Source: an uncultured Gammaproteobacteria bacterium
Lineage (GTDB): Bacteria > Pseudomonadota > Gammaproteobacteria > UBA9214
Length of the DNA: 64,000 nt
Reading direction: 5' to 3'
NCBI GenBank assembly: GCA_963827755.1
Contig: CAWHCQ010000037.1
Location: 1-64,000, forward strand
In this document: positions 41,768-55,919 of the stretch, piece by piece
Numbering within the stretch: the first letter of the stretch is position 1
Layout of the letters: every line of letters begins with the position of its first letter
Program-made: the position numbers and the translations under genes
Notes under the pieces: model-generated
The model's input: the letters and a program-made list of their open reading frames with translations, nothing else
Told to the model about the DNA's origin: nothing
Database searches by the model: none

Positions 41768-44700
41768 ATGCCAAAAAGAACTGACATAAAAAGCGTGCTG
41801 ATCATTGGCGCCGGCCCGATCGTTATCGGCCAGGCCTGCGAGTTTGATTACTCCGGCGCGCAGGCCTGCAAGGCCCTGCGTGAAGAGGGTTTCCGCGTGG
41901 TGCTGGTGAATTCAAACCCGGCCACCATCATGACCGACCCGGACATGGCCGATGCGGTGTATATCGAGCCGGTCGTCTGGCAGACGGTACAGCATATTAT
42001 CGAGAAGGAGCGTCCGGATGCGCTGTTGCCGACCATGGGCGGGCAGACCGGGCTGAATTGCGCCCTCGACCTGGTGCGTGAAGGTGTGCTGGAGAAATTC
42101 GGTGTCGAACTGATCGGCGCCAGCCGTGAAGCCATCGACATGGCCGAGGACCGCGGGCTGTTTCGCCAGGCGATGAAGGAAATCGGCCTGCATACCTCGC
42201 GCGCGTCCGTGGTGCACAGCATGGAAGAGGCAGACCAGGTGGTGGCCTCCATCGGTTTCCCGATCATCATTCGGCCATCCTTCACCATGGGCGGCAGCGG
42301 TGGCGGTATCGCCTATAACCGCGAGGAATTCGGCGCCATCTGCGAGCACGGGCTGGACCAGTCGCCGACCACCGAGGTGCTGCTGGAGGAATCGATTCTC
42401 GGCTGGAAAGAATTCGAGATGGAAGTGGTGCGCGACAAGGCGGACAACTGCATCATTATCTGTTCCATCGAAAACCTCGATCCCATGGGTGTGCATACCG
42501 GTGACTCGATCACGGTAGCGCCCGCGCAGACCCTGACCGACAAGGAATACCAGATCATGCGCGATGCCTCGCTTGCGGTATTGCGCAAGATCGGCGTCGA
42601 GACCGGCGGCTCCAATGTGCAGTTTGCGATCAACCCGGTCGACGGGCACATGGTGGTCATCGAGATGAACCCGCGCGTCTCGCGGTCATCGGCACTGGCT
42701 TCCAAGGCGACCGGATTTCCGATTGCCAAGGTCGCGGCAAAACTGGCCGTCGGCTTTACCCTCGATGAGTTGAGTAACGAGATTACCGGCGGTGCCACCC
42801 CGGCCTCGTTTGAGCCGACCATCGACTACGTGGTCACCAAGGTGCCGCGGTTTACCTTTGAGAAATTCCCGCAGGCCGATCCGGTACTCGGCATCCAGAT
42901 GAAGGCGGTCGGCGAGGTGATGGCGATTGGCCGCACCTTCCAGGAGTCCCTGCAGAAGGCCCTGCGCGGCCTGGAAACCGGCATGGACGGCCTCAACGAG
43001 ATGTTCGACCTGTCGCTCGAAGAGGGGCGGGAGGAACTGCGGCGCGAGCTGCGCATTGCCCGCCCGGACCGGCTCTGGCATGTGGCCGATGGTTTTCGTG
43101 CCGGTATGTCGATTGCAGAGCTGTTTGAATTGACGGCCATCGATCCCTGGTTCCTGGCACAGATCGAGGATCTTGTGGTGCATGAGAATCTGGTGCGCAA
43201 GCTGGGCACGGAGGGGCTCGATTATGACTGGTTGAGATGCCTGAAACGCAAGGGCTTTGCGGATTCCCGCCTGGCCAGCCTGCTGGACCTGGCCGAAGAT
43301 GAAGTGCGCGCGCGTCGCCATGAACTGAATATCCGGCCGGTCTACAAGCGCGTCGATACCTGTGCCGCTGAGTTTTCCACGGCAACGGCCTACCTCTACT
43401 CCACCTATGAAGAAGAGTGCGAGTCATTACCCTCGAGCAATGAAAAAATCATGGTGCTGGGTGGCGGGCCGAACCGTATCGGCCAGGGTATCGAGTTTGA
43501 CTATTGCTGTGTGCATGCCGCGCTGGCCTGTCGTGAAGACGGTTTCGAGACCATCATGGTGAACTGCAATCCGGAAACGGTTTCCACCGATTACGATACC
43601 TCGGACCGTTTGTATTTCGAATCGCTGACGCTGGAGGACGTGCTTGAAATCATTCACGTCGAGCAGCCCAGGGGCGTGATCGTGCAGTATGGCGGGCAAA
43701 CTCCGCTGAAGCTGGCGCGTGGACTGGAAGCCAACGGTGCGCCGATCATCGGCACGTCAGCCGATGCAATCGACCATGCCGAGGACCGCGAGCGCTTTCA
43801 GCAGATGGTCGAAAAACTCGGCCTGTTGCAACCGCCAAACAGGATTGCCTCTGATCCGGATGAAGCGCTGGCGCTTGCCGAGGAAGTCGGTTACCCGCTG
43901 GTTGTGCGGCCGTCCTATGTGCTTGGCGGGCGCGCCATGGAAATCGTCTACTCCGGTAACGACCTGGCGCGTTACATGCGCGAGGCGGTGCAGGTGTCGA
44001 ATGACTCGCCGGTGCTGCTGGACCGGTTTCTCGATGATGCGGTCGAGGTCGATGTCGATGCCATCTGTGATGGTGAGGATGTTCTGATCGGCGGCATTAT
44101 GGAACATATTGAACAGGCGGGCGTGCACTCCGGTGACTCGGCCTGTTCCCTGCCACCGTACACCTTGAGTGCGGACATCCAGGCGCGCATGTCCGAACAG
44201 GTCGCGCAGATGGCGAAAGAACTGAAGGTCTGCGGCCTGATGAATACCCAGTTCGCCATCAAGGGTGATGACATCTACCTGATTGAAGTCAACCCGCGCG
44301 CGTCGAGAACCGTTCCGTTTGTTTCCAAGGCGACCGCACGGCCGCTGGCGAAGATTGCAGCACGCGTGATGACCGGCAAGAGCCTCAGGCAGCAGGGATT
44401 GACGGCTGCGGCAAGGACGGAGTATTTCTCGGTAAAAGAAGCTGTTTTCCCGTTTATCAAGTTCCAGGGTGTTGATCCCCTGCTGGGTCCGGAGATGAAG
44501 TCTACCGGCGAGGTGATGGGTATCGGCAGGACATTCGGCGAGGCATTCGCAAAGGCCCAGCTGGGTGCGGGCAATGCGGTGCCCGCCAGCGGCATGGCCT
44601 TCCTCAGCGTAAGGAAATCGGAACGCGAGTCGATCGTCGAGCTCGCGCGCGAACTTGTTGAAAAGGGTTACCGGCTGGTTGCAACGCGCGGTACGGCGGC

Positions 44701-44980
44701 GGCCATCAAGGCAGGCGGGATCGAGTGCGCTGTCGTCAACAAGGTGCTGGAAGGGCAGCCGCACATCGTTGACATGATTAAAAACGGCCAGGTTGATCTG
44801 ATACTGAATACGACTGAAGGAAAGCAGGCGATTGCTGATTCCTATACAATCAGGCGCACGGCCTTGCAGCACAAGATCACCTATAGCACGACGCTGGCAG
44901 GTGCGCGCGCAACCTGTATGGCGCTGGATTATCTGAACTCAAGCAGTGTTATCAGCCTGCAAAGCCTGCACCGGGAGTGA
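41768..44980 (+). CDS. carB: Carbamoyl-phosphate synthase large chain
   Basis: [30 protein letters not shown]; two ATP-grasp repeats; 1070 aa. Confidence 0.98.
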   Translation: MPKRTDIKSVLIIGAGPIVIGQACEFDYSGAQACKALREEGFRVVLVNSNPATIMTDPDMADAVYIEPVVWQTVQHIIEKERPDALLPTMGGQTGLNCALDLVREGVLEKFGVELIGASREAIDMAEDRGLFRQAMKEIGLHTSRASVVHSMEEADQVVASIGFPIIIRPSFTMGGSGGGIAYNREEFGAICEHGLDQSPTTEVLLEESILGWKEFEMEVVRDKADNCIIICSIENLDPMGVHTGDSITVAPAQTLTDKEYQIMRDASLAVLRKIGVETGGSNVQFAINPVDGHMVVIEMNPRVSRSSALASKATGFPIAKVAAKLAVGFTLDELSNEITGGATPASFEPTIDYVVTKVPRFTFEKFPQADPVLGIQMKAVGEVMAIGRTFQESLQKALRGLETGMDGLNEMFDLSLEEGREELRRELRIARPDRLWHVADGFRAGMSIAELFELTAIDPWFLAQIEDLVVHENLVRKLGTEGLDYDWLRCLKRKGFADSRLASLLDLAEDEVRARRHELNIRPVYKRVDTCAAEFSTATAYLYSTYEEECESLPSSNEKIMVLGGGPNRIGQGIEFDYCCVHAALACREDGFETIMVNCNPETVSTDYDTSDRLYFESLTLEDVLEIIHVEQPRGVIVQYGGQTPLKLARGLEANGAPIIGTSADAIDHAEDRERFQQMVEKLGLLQPPNRIASDPDEALALAEEVGYPLVVRPSYVLGGRAMEIVYSGNDLARYMREAVQVSNDSPVLLDRFLDDAVEVDVDAICDGEDVLIGGIMEHIEQAGVHSGDSACSLPPYTLSADIQARMSEQVAQMAKELKVCGLMNTQFAIKGDDIYLIEVNPRASRTVPFVSKATARPLAKIAARVMTGKSLRQQGLTAAARTEYFSVKEAVFPFIKFQGVDPLLGPEMKSTGEVMGIGRTFGEAFAKAQLGAGNAVPASGMAFLSVRKSERESIVELARELVEKGYRLVATRGTAAAIKAGGIECAVVNKVLEGQPHIVDMIKNGQVDLILNTTEGKQAIADSYTIRRTALQHKITYSTTLAGARATCMALDYLNSSSVISLQSLHRE

Positions 44981-44987
44981 GTATAGA

Positions 44988-45467
44988 ATGAGTACCAAGG
45001 TTCCAATTACGGCACAGGGTGCCGAGAAGCTGCGCGCAGAACTTGCGCGGCTGAAAACGGAAGATCGTCCGCGGATTATTGCCGCGATTGCCGAGGCGCG
45101 TGCGCACGGCGATCTCAAGGAAAACGCGGAATATCATGCCGCGCGTGAGCAACAGAGTTTTGCGGAAGGCCGCATCAAGGAAATCGACGGCAAGCTGAGC
45201 AATGCCCACATCGTCGATGTCACCGCGATCCCGCACACCGGCAAGGTGATCTTCGGGGTTACCGTTGAATTGATCGACGAAGACACCGGGGAGACCATCA
45301 TCTACCAGATAGTCGGTGAAGACGAGGCCGATATCAAAAAGGGCAAGATCTCGGTGAATTCACCGATCGCCCGCGCCCTGATCTCCCGCATGGAAGGTGA
45401 CGTGGTCTCTGTTATCGTGCCCGGCGGTGAAAGAAACCTGGAAATTGTCGAGGTTCGTCATATCTAG
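44988..45467 (+). CDS. greA: Transcription elongation factor GreA
   Basis: [23 protein letters not shown]; [11 protein letters not shown]. Confidence 0.96.
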   Translation: MSTKVPITAQGAEKLRAELARLKTEDRPRIIAAIAEARAHGDLKENAEYHAAREQQSFAEGRIKEIDGKLSNAHIVDVTAIPHTGKVIFGVTVELIDEDTGETIIYQIVGEDEADIKKGKISVNSPIARALISRMEGDVVSVIVPGGERNLEIVEVRHI

Positions 45468-45486
45468 TCATTTCTTGCGGCGATCA

Positions 45487-45557
45487 CTGTAGGAGCGGAT
45501 CTCATCCGCGATAATCCTGCGTGCAGGATCTATCGCGGATGAGATCCGCTCCTACAG
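45487..45557. repeat. Perfect inverted REP pair (REPIN)
   Basis: CTGTAGGAGCGGATCTCATCCGCGATA ... TATCGCGGATGAGATCCGCTCCTACAG. Confidence 0.85.
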
Positions 45558-45561
45558 GTTG

Positions 45562-46014
45562 ATGTTGTTGATTAAATATTCACTCGCCGCCGAACGCGTT
45601 CTCCTCACCCTCTGGGTGGGCAGCCTGTGGGTGACCGGTTTCCTGGTCGCCCCGGCCCTGTTTGCGCTGCTCGATGAGCGTGCACTCGCCGGTACCATTG
45701 CCGGTAACCTGTTTACGAAGGTCAGTTACATCGGGCTGGCCTGCGGCGGTGCACTGCTGCTGTTGAACGTGCTGATCAAGCGAGGTTTCGGCTGGCGTGT
45801 GCTGCTGATACTCGCGATGCTGGCGCTGGTCGTACTTGGCCAGTTTGTGCTCTCGCCGATGATTGCGGAACTGCGTCAGCAGGGCCTGGCCGAATCAGCC
45901 AGGTTCGGCCAGCTGCATGGACTCTCCGGGGTGATCTATGTGATCTGCAGTGTAGCGGGCCTGGTGCTGGTGGCGGCGGGGCAGCCACCCCGGGATCATT
46001 CTTCAATCTTGTGA
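45562..46014 (+). CDS. DUF4149-like membrane protein
   Basis: LTLWVGSLWVTGFLVAPALF..RALAGTIAG; FGQLHGLS. Confidence 0.75.
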   Translation: MLLIKYSLAAERVLLTLWVGSLWVTGFLVAPALFALLDERALAGTIAGNLFTKVSYIGLACGGALLLLNVLIKRGFGWRVLLILAMLALVVLGQFVLSPMIAELRQQGLAESARFGQLHGLSGVIYVICSVAGLVLVAAGQPPRDHSSIL

Positions 46015-46268
46015 TAAACCAGTGCGATATGACCGATGGCCTGTACCAGCTCGGTATTGAAAGTCGTGCAGATCTGTTCGATTATTTTCCTGCGCTGTTC
46101 ACGGTCGGCACCGGCGATCCTGATCTTCATTAATTCATGATGTTCCAGGGACAGTTCCAGCTCCCTGAGCACAGCCTTGCTGAGTCCCGAATTGCCGATG
46201 CTGACAACCGGCTTCAGCGCATGGCCGCGGCCACGCAGCTCGCGTTTTTGTTTTTCTGTCAGTGACAT
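45996..46268 (-). CDS. yhbY: RNA-binding protein YhbY
   Basis: LTEKQKRELRGRGHALKPVVSIG; HHELMKI; VQAIGH. Confidence 0.9.
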   Translation of the reverse strand: MSLTEKQKRELRGRGHALKPVVSIGNSGLSKAVLRELELSLEHHELMKIRIAGADREQRRKIIEQICTTFNTELVQAIGHIALVYHKIEE

Positions 46269-46331
46269 GATCCATGTTTCTGTGAACAATGGAACAAGTA
46301 TACCCGGCGTGCCTGCCGGCGGGAATTAATC

Positions 46332-46961
46332 ATGGGCAGAAGCAAAAGCAGTCACCAGTGGCTGAAGAAACATTTTGATGACGAGTTTGTAAAACGCGCA
46401 CAGCGTGAAGGCTGGCGTTCGCGAGCCGTCTACAAGCTTGAAGAAATCGACAGGAAATACCGGCTTCTCCGCCCCGGCATGACGGTCGTGGACCTGGGCG
46501 CGGCGCCCGGTGGCTGGTCGCAATACGCTGCAAGGGCGCTGGCCGGCAAGGGCCGGATACTTGCGCTGGACATCCTCGCGATGGACGCCCTGCCCGGGGT
46601 GGAATTCCTGCAGGGTGATTTTACCGAGGACGAAGCACTTGATTTGCTTATGGAAAACCTTGGTGATTCAAAGGTAGACCTTGTTTTATCGGATATGGCC
46701 CCAAATATAAGTGGTATGCGCGCGGTTGACCAGCCGCGCAGCATCTACCAGGTGGAGCTGGCCGTTGATTTTGCAGCGAAAGTGCTGGCAGGCAACGGGA
46801 ATTTACTGTTCAAGGCGTTTCACGGCGAGGGTTTTGAAGACGTTGTCAGGAATTTGCGCGGGGCATACCGAAAGGTGTTGATCCGCAAGCCCAGGGCGTC
46901 CCGGCCAGGCAGCCGCGAAGTGTATGTGCTGGCACAGGGGCGCATTGGCGCGAATATGTGA
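46332..46961 (+). CDS. rlmE: 23S rRNA methyltransferase RlmE
   Basis: RSRAVYKLEEI; DLGAAPGGWSQ; SDMAPN; KPRASR. Confidence 0.96.
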   Translation: MGRSKSSHQWLKKHFDDEFVKRAQREGWRSRAVYKLEEIDRKYRLLRPGMTVVDLGAAPGGWSQYAARALAGKGRILALDILAMDALPGVEFLQGDFTEDEALDLLMENLGDSKVDLVLSDMAPNISGMRAVDQPRSIYQVELAVDFAAKVLAGNGNLLFKAFHGEGFEDVVRNLRGAYRKVLIRKPRASRPGSREVYVLAQGRIGANM

Positions 46962-47046
46962 TAATGTGAACAAAAGCACTGCCTGAGTGTCGGTATAAGC
47001 AGTTGGAAGTCCATCATTTTTCATGTCTTGAATTGAGGTAGCCGGT

Positions 47047-48975
<1,929 letters not shown>

Positions 48976-49050
48976 CTGGCGCATGCCCCGTTTACCGGCA
49001 GGCTTGCAGCAGGGCGGCAGCGGCCCCCTGCCGTGACTGCTTCGCGAGGC

Positions 49051-49908
49051 ATGCGTGCGGGTAGTTCACTCCCTGAAAAAATCATCGATTGTGCCGGCAA
49101 GCCGCTGGACCTGTCACGGCCCTGCGTCATGGGCATACTCAATGTAACCCCTGATTCCTTCTCGGACGGGGGCGATTATTTTCCCCTGGAAAATGCGCTG
49201 CAACATGCCCGCCGCATGGTCAGCGAAGGTGCAGCCGTCATTGATGTCGGGGGTGAATCAACCCGGCCGGGTGCGGCACCTGTTTCGCTGGATGAGGAAC
49301 TGGATCGTGTCATCCCCGTGATCGAGGCCCTTGGCAAGACACTGACCGTGCCCGTCTCCATTGATACCCGCAAGCCCGAGGTCATGCAGGCAGCGGTTGC
49401 AGCCGGTGCCGGCCTGATCAACGATGTGAATGCCTTGCAGGAGACTGACGCCGTCACGATGGCGGCCGGGCTGGGGGTCCCGGTTTGCCTGATGCACATG
49501 CAGGGCATACCGGAATCCATGCAGGCGTCTCCGGATTATGAGGATGTGGTTGCCGAGGTGATCAGTTTTTTGCTGGCACGCGCGCAGGTCTGCATTGACG
49601 CAGGCATAGCGCCGGAGCAGATTATTCTCGACCCCGGTTTCGGTTTCGGGAAAACAGTCGAACATAACCTGCAGCTGCTGCATTACCTCGAACGGCTGGT
49701 CTCGGCCGGTTTTCCGGTGCTGGTGGGACTCTCGCGGAAGTCACTGATTGGTAAGGTACTGGACCTTCCGGTCGATAAACGTCTATATCCCGGTGTGGCA
49801 CTGGCGGTGCTCGCCGTATGGAAGGGGGCAGCCATCGTGCGCTGCCATGATGTTGTTGAAACCCTGGAGGCAATTCGCATGTGCCAGGCAGTCAGGGATG
49901 TTGTTTAG
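49051..49908 (+). CDS. folP: Dihydropteroate synthase
   Basis: MGILNVTPDSFSDGG; DVGGESTRPG; LDPGFGFGK; SRKS; start codon uncertain. Confidence 0.95.
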   Translation: MRAGSSLPEKIIDCAGKPLDLSRPCVMGILNVTPDSFSDGGDYFPLENALQHARRMVSEGAAVIDVGGESTRPGAAPVSLDEELDRVIPVIEALGKTLTVPVSIDTRKPEVMQAAVAAGAGLINDVNALQETDAVTMAAGLGVPVCLMHMQGIPESMQASPDYEDVVAEVISFLLARAQVCIDAGIAPEQIILDPGFGFGKTVEHNLQLLHYLERLVSAGFPVLVGLSRKSLIGKVLDLPVDKRLYPGVALAVLAVWKGAAIVRCHDVVETLEAIRMCQAVRDVV

Positions 49909-49955
49909 TCTGCGTGGCGGGTTAGTATAGTGAACAGGATATCAAGGTAAAGACA

Positions 49956-51290
49956 GTGGCGAAAAAATATTTCGGAACGGATGGTATACGCGGGCGGGTG
50001 GGGGAACCCCCGATCACTGCCGAATTCATGCTCAAGCTGGGCTGGGCCGCCGGTCGGGTGCTCGCATCAAGTGGCGGCGACCTGGTAATCATTGGCAAGG
50101 ATACGCGTATCTCCGGCTACATGTTCGAGGCAGCGCTGGAGGCGGGCCTGATTGCTGCCGGTATTGATATTCGCATGCTCGGTCCCATGCCTACGCCTGC
50201 AATTGCCTATCTCACCCGTACATTGCATGCCAGTGCAGGGATTGTCATCAGTGCATCGCACAATGCCTATGCGGATAACGGTATCAAGTTCTTTTCAAGC
50301 GAAGGCAGCAAATTGTCTGAACAAGTCGAGCAGGCCATTGAGGCGGAACTGGAGAAGCCCATGGTGACAGTGGCATCGGACAGGCTGGGGAAGGCGCAGC
50401 GTGTTGAAGATGCGGCCGGTCGTTATATCGAGTTTTGCAAAAGCACCATCCCGCTCAGCCTGTCATTGAAGGGACTGAAGATCATTGTCGATTGTGCGAA
50501 TGGTGCTACCTACCATGTTGCGCCAAGCGTATTTCATGAACTGGGTGCCGAGGTGACCGCCATCGGTGCCAGTCCCGACGGCCTGAATATAAACCTGGAA
50601 TGCGGCTCCACCCATCCTGAAAAGTTACAGAAAATGGTCCGCGAACAGCATGCCGATGTCGGTATTGCGCTTGATGGTGACGGAGACCGTGTACTCATGG
50701 TGGATGGCGAGGGCATACTCCTCGATGGAGATGAACTCCTCTTTATTATTGTCATGTCACGACACAGGCAGGGCACCCTGAACGGCGGCGTGGTGGGAAC
50801 CCTGATGAGCAACCTTGGGCTGGAACATGCGCTGCTGTCACATGATATTGCCTTTGACCGGGTCAATGTCGGCGATCGTTATGTGCTTGAGCGACTCAAA
50901 GAGACAAGCAGCGTGATCGGCGGTGAATCCTCGGGTCATATCATCTGCCTCGACCGGACGACAACGGGTGACGGCATCGTTTCGGCCTTGCAGGTGCTGG
51001 CGGCGATGGTGCAGTCGGGTAAAACCCTGCGTGAGCTGAAAGAGGGTATGAAGAAATATCCGCAACGGATGATCAACGTGCCGGTCGCAGCCAAAGTCGA
51101 TCTGGCAATGGTGTCGTCTGTACAGGATGCAGTAAAGTCAGCGGAACTGCGCCTGGCCGGCAGGGGACGCGTGCTGTTGCGCCCTTCCGGTACCGAACCG
51201 GTGGTGCGTGTCATGGTCGAAGGTGAAGATGAACAGCAGGTCTTCGAGGAGGCCGATCTGCTTGCCTCGATTGTTGCCAGGGCGGTCTGA
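49956..51290 (+). CDS. glmM: Phosphoglucosamine mutase
   Basis: FGTDGIRG; ISASHN; DGDGDR; GGESSGH; RPSGTEP. Confidence 0.96.
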   Translation: MAKKYFGTDGIRGRVGEPPITAEFMLKLGWAAGRVLASSGGDLVIIGKDTRISGYMFEAALEAGLIAAGIDIRMLGPMPTPAIAYLTRTLHASAGIVISASHNAYADNGIKFFSSEGSKLSEQVEQAIEAELEKPMVTVASDRLGKAQRVEDAAGRYIEFCKSTIPLSLSLKGLKIIVDCANGATYHVAPSVFHELGAEVTAIGASPDGLNINLECGSTHPEKLQKMVREQHADVGIALDGDGDRVLMVDGEGILLDGDELLFIIVMSRHRQGTLNGGVVGTLMSNLGLEHALLSHDIAFDRVNVGDRYVLERLKETSSVIGGESSGHIICLDRTTTGDGIVSALQVLAAMVQSGKTLRELKEGMKKYPQRMINVPVAAKVDLAMVSSVQDAVKSAELRLAGRGRVLLRPSGTEPVVRVMVEGEDEQQVFEEADLLASIVARAV

Positions 51291-51349
51291 CCTGGCAACG
51301 CCGCTATCCCGGGTGGACAGGCAGACGCGCAGCCGGCCCGCATAACAAT

Positions 51350-52597
51350 ATGCCTTATGCACTGCAAAGCCTCCTCGGGATACTGGTCTTCATCGCCTTC
51401 GCCTGGGTGCTGAGCGAGGACCGCAGCCGCACACCCTGGTGGACCTTGCTGTCGGGCCTGGTTTTGCAGTTCGGGCTTGCTGCCACGCTGCTGTGGTTGC
51501 CACCCTTCAAGCATGTATTTATGGGGCTCAATGATGCGCTGCTGTCGCTGGAGCAGGCGACCCGGGCGGGCACTTCGTTTGTCTTCGGCTATCTCGGCGG
51601 CGACAGCCCGCCTTTTGAAGAAACCGCTGCCGGCAGCAGTTTTATCCTGGCGTTTCGCGCCTTGCCGTTGATATTACTGGTCAGTGCCCTGTCTGCACTG
51701 TTGTTTCACTGGCGTATATTGCCGATGCTGGTGCGCCTGCTTTCACGTTTGCTGCAACGCGTCATGGGTATCGGTGGTGCGCTGGCCCTGGGCGCTGTCA
51801 GCAATATTTTCGTGGGCATGATTGAAGCCCCCCTGTTTATCCGCCCCTACCTGAAAGAGATGACGCGGAGCGAACTGTTTACCCTGATGGTTACCGGAAT
51901 GGCAACCGTTGCCGGTACCGTCATGGTGCTCTATGCCAGCATCTTGCGCGATGTCCTGCCCGATGCCATGGGTCATATCCTGATTGCCTCCATGATCAGT
52001 GCGCCGGCAGCTATTGTGATTGCCCAGTTGCTGGTGCCGCCCGGGCAAACCGCTACCGCGGGGGAATTATTTCCGGCGGACAAGGCAGGCAGCAGTATGG
52101 ATGCTGTTACCAAAGGTACCTTGCAAGGCGTGGAATTGCTGATCAATATCACGGCGATGCTGGTGGTGATGGTCGCGTTGGTGAGTCTTGTCAATATGAT
52201 GATCGGCCTGCTGCCATTTGCTGGCGATGAGCCCCTGACCCTGCAGCGGATGCTTGGCTGGTTGCTGGCGCCGGTCGCCTGGTTGATGGGAATTCCCTGG
52301 GAACAGGCAAGCACCGGCGGCACATTGCTGGGGACAAAGATCGTTCTCAACGAGTTCATTGCCTACCTTGACCTGGCGGCGCTGCCAGCCGGTGAACTCG
52401 GGCCGCGCAGCCAGCTGATCATGACCTATGCCCTGTGTGGTTTTGCGAATCTCGGCAGCCTCGGCATCATGATAGGCGGTCTTGGCACCATGGTGCCCGA
52501 ACGACGCGCGGAGATCGTGGCGCTTGGAATGAAATCCATCATCGCCGGCACCCTGGCCACCTGCATGACCGGTGCGGTGGTAGGGGTGCTCGCCTGA
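51350..52597 (+). CDS. CNT-family nucleoside transporter
   Basis: GTSFVFG; NIFVGMIEAP; GMATVAG; GTKIVLNEF; ALCGFAN. Confidence 0.9.
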   Translation: MPYALQSLLGILVFIAFAWVLSEDRSRTPWWTLLSGLVLQFGLAATLLWLPPFKHVFMGLNDALLSLEQATRAGTSFVFGYLGGDSPPFEETAAGSSFILAFRALPLILLVSALSALLFHWRILPMLVRLLSRLLQRVMGIGGALALGAVSNIFVGMIEAPLFIRPYLKEMTRSELFTLMVTGMATVAGTVMVLYASILRDVLPDAMGHILIASMISAPAAIVIAQLLVPPGQTATAGELFPADKAGSSMDAVTKGTLQGVELLINITAMLVVMVALVSLVNMMIGLLPFAGDEPLTLQRMLGWLLAPVAWLMGIPWEQASTGGTLLGTKIVLNEFIAYLDLAALPAGELGPRSQLIMTYALCGFANLGSLGIMIGGLGTMVPERRAEIVALGMKSIIAGTLATCMTGAVVGVLA

Positions 52598-52691
52598 GGC
52601 AAGCGCAAACCCGGCTGGTTTCAGCCTGAAATTGATTTTCCCGCCCCGGATAGCTAAGCTACGCGGCTACTCTCTGCAAGGACATATCGAT

Positions 52692-53447
52692 ATGCGTCAG
52701 CCACTGGTTGCCGGAAACTGGAAAATGAATGGCTCGCTCGACAGCATCAAGGTGCTGGTCGAGGGTGTCAAGGCGGGCATGGGTTCGGTCACAACGGCTG
52801 AAATGGCGATGTGCCCCCCCTTTGTATACATCCCGCAAGTTGCTGCGATGCTCGAAGGGTCCTCGATTTCACTTGGCGCACAGGATGTAAACGACCAGGA
52901 ATCGGGTGCACATACCGGCGAAATCGCCGCGAACATGTTGACAGACATCGGCTGTCACTATGTCATTGTCGGTCACTCGGAGCGTCGTGCGATCTACGGC
53001 GAGTCCGATGTCTTCACCGCGCACAAGTTCGCCGCGGCCCGCAAGGCCGGCCTGGTACCGATTTTGTGTGTCGGCGAGACACTGGAAGAGCGTGAGCAGG
53101 GGATAACCGAGGAGGTTGTCGCCCGCCAGCTGGATGCTGTGATCGAGCTGGAAGGCAGTGCCGCAATCGCTGATGCCGTGATTGCCTATGAGCCGGTTTG
53201 GGCCATTGGTACCGGCAAGACGGCCAGCCCTGACCAGGCTCAGGACGTTCATGCCTTTATTCGTAACAAGCTGGCCGCGCTCGACAGCACTGTTGCCGCC
53301 AGTGTACGCATTCTCTACGGTGGCAGTATGAATCCGGCCAATGCGGCTGAATTGCTTGCCATGACTGATATCGATGGTGGTTTGATCGGTGGTGCTTCAC
53401 TCAAACCGGCTGACTTCCTGGCGATTGGCCAGGCTGCCAATGCCTGA
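52692..53447 (+). CDS. tpiA: Triosephosphate isomerase
   Basis: AGNWKMN; GHSERR; AYEPVWAIGTG; YGGS. Confidence 0.97.
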   Translation: MRQPLVAGNWKMNGSLDSIKVLVEGVKAGMGSVTTAEMAMCPPFVYIPQVAAMLEGSSISLGAQDVNDQESGAHTGEIAANMLTDIGCHYVIVGHSERRAIYGESDVFTAHKFAAARKAGLVPILCVGETLEEREQGITEEVVARQLDAVIELEGSAAIADAVIAYEPVWAIGTGKTASPDQAQDVHAFIRNKLAALDSTVAASVRILYGGSMNPANAAELLAMTDIDGGLIGGASLKPADFLAIGQAANA

Positions 53448-53483
53448 TATCTCCCAACAACGGATCAGCTACACGGAATTTAC

Positions 53484-53915
53484 ATGTTTGCATTTTTATT
53501 GATCGTACAAGTGGTTGTCTGCATTTGCATTATCGGACTGGTGATGATGCAGCAGGGCAAGGGTGCCGATATGGGCGCAGCTTTCGGCAGCGGTGCTGCC
53601 GGCACCGTGTTCGGAACAGGTGGTGGCGGTTCTTTTCTTACCCGTGCCACAGCAGTTCTCGCAATGGTCTTTTTTATAAACTGTTTGCTGATTGCCTCGC
53701 CACTGATTCGCGACCGGCACAGCTCGTCAGGCTCGATTGCCGAGGTGATTGAACAGCGGGAAGCAGAGAGCGCAAATGCACTCACCGAGACGCCGCAAGG
53801 CAGTGCCCCGGAAGCGGCCGTTGAGAAAGCTGAAATGGCAGTTACCGAGAGTGACATCCCTGATGCCCCGGCTGTACCGCCGGCCGATGCCGGAACAAGT
53901 GATTTGCCTGAATAG
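53484..53915 (+). CDS. secG: Preprotein translocase SecG
   Basis: QQGKGADMGAAFGSGAAGTVFG; FLTRATAVLA. Confidence 0.93.
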   Translation: MFAFLLIVQVVVCICIIGLVMMQQGKGADMGAAFGSGAAGTVFGTGGGGSFLTRATAVLAMVFFINCLLIASPLIRDRHSSSGSIAEVIEQREAESANALTETPQGSAPEAAVEKAEMAVTESDIPDAPAVPPADAGTSDLPE

Positions 53916-53951
53916 CTGTTGATCGAAAGTGTGGTTTTCTGTTGTACCCAG

Positions 53952-54036
53952 GCCGATGTGGTGAAATTGGTAGACACGCTATCTTGAGGGGGTAGTGGCG
54001 AAAGCCGTGCCGGTTCGACTCCGGCCATCGGCACCA
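53952..54036 (+). tRNA. tRNA-Leu(GAG)
   Basis: GCCGATG acceptor stem, CTATC-TTGAGGG-GGTAG anticodon arm, long variable arm, GGTTCGACTCC, encoded CCA; 85 nt after secG. Confidence 0.95.
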
Positions 54037-54315
54037 ACAACGGTTTCGGGCTGGCCGGGCCGGTGGTTCAGGGCCTGTGTACTGCCTGTCAAGGACGTTT
54101 TCGCCGTTGCATTCGAGTGCCCGTATCCTGATTTTTTATGACCCCTAAAAAACCACGCAACACATTGATAGTATTGTTAAAAATGGCATAACCGCAACTT
54201 GACAGAAAACAGGGGCTGGCCTAGACTTCGTCCTCTTTTTTCATTGCATGACTGAAGCATAAATTCGAACAAGGCCGCCGGGTGAGCCTGCCCCGGCCAA
54301 ATGAGACCTTAGCCC

Positions 54316-54672
54316 ATGCTGGAAAATTATCTGCCAATCCTGATCTTTATACTTATTGGCATAGCTGTGGGTGTCGGCCCGGTCCTGCTGGGTTTCCTGC
54401 TGGCGCCGTACAAGCCCGACAGCGACAAGAATTCCCCCTACGAATGCGGCTTTGAGGCCTTCGAAGACTCGCGCATGCGTTTTGACGTGCGCTATTACCT
54501 GGTTGCCATCCTGTTCATCATTTTTGACCTGGAAATCGCCTTCCTGTTTCCCTGGGCGGTTGTGCTGGAGTCGATCGGCCTGTTCGGCTTTGTCGCCATG
54601 ATGGTGTTCCTCGGTATCCTCGTCGTCGGCTTCATCTATGAATGGAAGAAGGGGGCGCTCGAGTGGGAATAG
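54316..54672 (+). CDS. nuoA: NADH-quinone oxidoreductase subunit A
   Basis: PYECGF; [15 protein letters not shown]; [10 protein letters not shown]. Confidence 0.96.
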   Translation: MLENYLPILIFILIGIAVGVGPVLLGFLLAPYKPDSDKNSPYECGFEAFEDSRMRFDVRYYLVAILFIIFDLEIAFLFPWAVVLESIGLFGFVAMMVFLGILVVGFIYEWKKGALEWE

Positions 54673-55139
54673 AGGGCTTGCTCAAGGAAGGCTACGTGAC
54701 GACATCGGCCGATGCGCTGATCAACTGGGCGCGTACCGGCTCGATGTGGCCGATGACCTTCGGCCTGGCCTGTTGCGCGGTCGAGATGATGCAGGCAGGT
54801 GCGTCACGTTATGATCTTGACCGCTTTGGCATTGTCTTCCGCGGCAGTCCGCGCCAGTCGGATGTGATGATTGTCGCCGGCACGCTCTGCAACAAAATGG
54901 CACCGGCACTGCGCAAGGTCTATGACCAGATGGCGGAGCCGCGCTGGGTCATTTCAATGGGTTCCTGTGCCAACGGCGGCGGTTATTATCACTATTCATA
55001 CTCCGTGGTGCGGGGCTGTGACCGTATCGTTCCGGTGGATATCTACGTACCCGGCTGTCCGCCCACGGCAGAGGCCCTGCTCTACGGTATTTTGCAGCTG
55101 CAAAATAAAATCAAACGCACCAATACCATCGCCCGTTAA
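54663..55139 (+). CDS. nuoB: NADH-quinone oxidoreductase subunit B
   Basis: [10 protein letters not shown]; GSCANGGG; PGCPP. Confidence 0.96.
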   Translation: MGIEGLLKEGYVTTSADALINWARTGSMWPMTFGLACCAVEMMQAGASRYDLDRFGIVFRGSPRQSDVMIVAGTLCNKMAPALRKVYDQMAEPRWVISMGSCANGGGYYHYSYSVVRGCDRIVPVDIYVPGCPPTAEALLYGILQLQNKIKRTNTIAR

Positions 55140-55158
55140 GCGGCGGACATACCAGGAA

Positions 55159-55917
55159 ATGACTGTTTCTTCCCGCCAGCTCGCAGAGCAACTCCAGCAA
55201 CGCTTCGACGAAACCCTGTTATCGATAGTCGATGCAGTGGGTGAGGTCACCATAGAGCTTGCCGGTGAGAACCTGGTTGAGGTGGCCACGGCCTTGCGTG
55301 ACGAAGCGGATTTCGCGTTCGAGATTCTGCTTGATGTCTGTGGTGTGGATTATGTCAGTTTTGGCAAGGATGAATGGGTAACCGAGGAATCATCGGGCAG
55401 CGGTTTCTCGCGGGGTGTTGATGCGACAGGCGCCGGCCATCTCGGTGCCGTTACCGAAGACCTGGTTGTTTCCAGGCAGTATGGCGCGAAACGCTTTGCC
55501 GCGGTCTACCACCTGCTGTCGATCAGCAAAAACCGGCGTCTGCGACTGCGCGTTTATGCAGCCGATGATGGATTACCCGTGGTGCCTTCCGTCATCTCTG
55601 TCTGGAACAGCGCCAACTGGTATGAACGCGAGGCCTTCGATCTCTACGGAATTCTTTTCGACGGCCACCCGGATTTGCGTCGCCTGTTGACGGATTATGG
55701 TTTTATCGGTCACCCGTTTCGCAAGGATTTCCCGCTCAGCGGCAACGTCGAGGTCATTTACGATGCCGAGAAGCGCCGCGTCATCTATCAACCCGTCAGT
55801 ATCGAGCCGCGGGTGCTGGTGCCCAAGGTTATACGTGGTGGCCGGGTTGACGCAGTCGACCTGAAGAACATCCAGGCGCCTGTTGAAGAAGAAGTCGCGG
55901 CAGGACAGGCAGAATAG
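55159..55917 (+). CDS. nuoC: NADH-quinone oxidoreductase subunit C
   Basis: [39 protein letters not shown]. Confidence 0.95.
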   Translation: MTVSSRQLAEQLQQRFDETLLSIVDAVGEVTIELAGENLVEVATALRDEADFAFEILLDVCGVDYVSFGKDEWVTEESSGSGFSRGVDATGAGHLGAVTEDLVVSRQYGAKRFAAVYHLLSISKNRRLRLRVYAADDGLPVVPSVISVWNSANWYEREAFDLYGILFDGHPDLRRLLTDYGFIGHPFRKDFPLSGNVEVIYDAEKRRVIYQPVSIEPRVLVPKVIRGGRVDAVDLKNIQAPVEEEVAAGQAE

Positions 55918-55919
55918 CC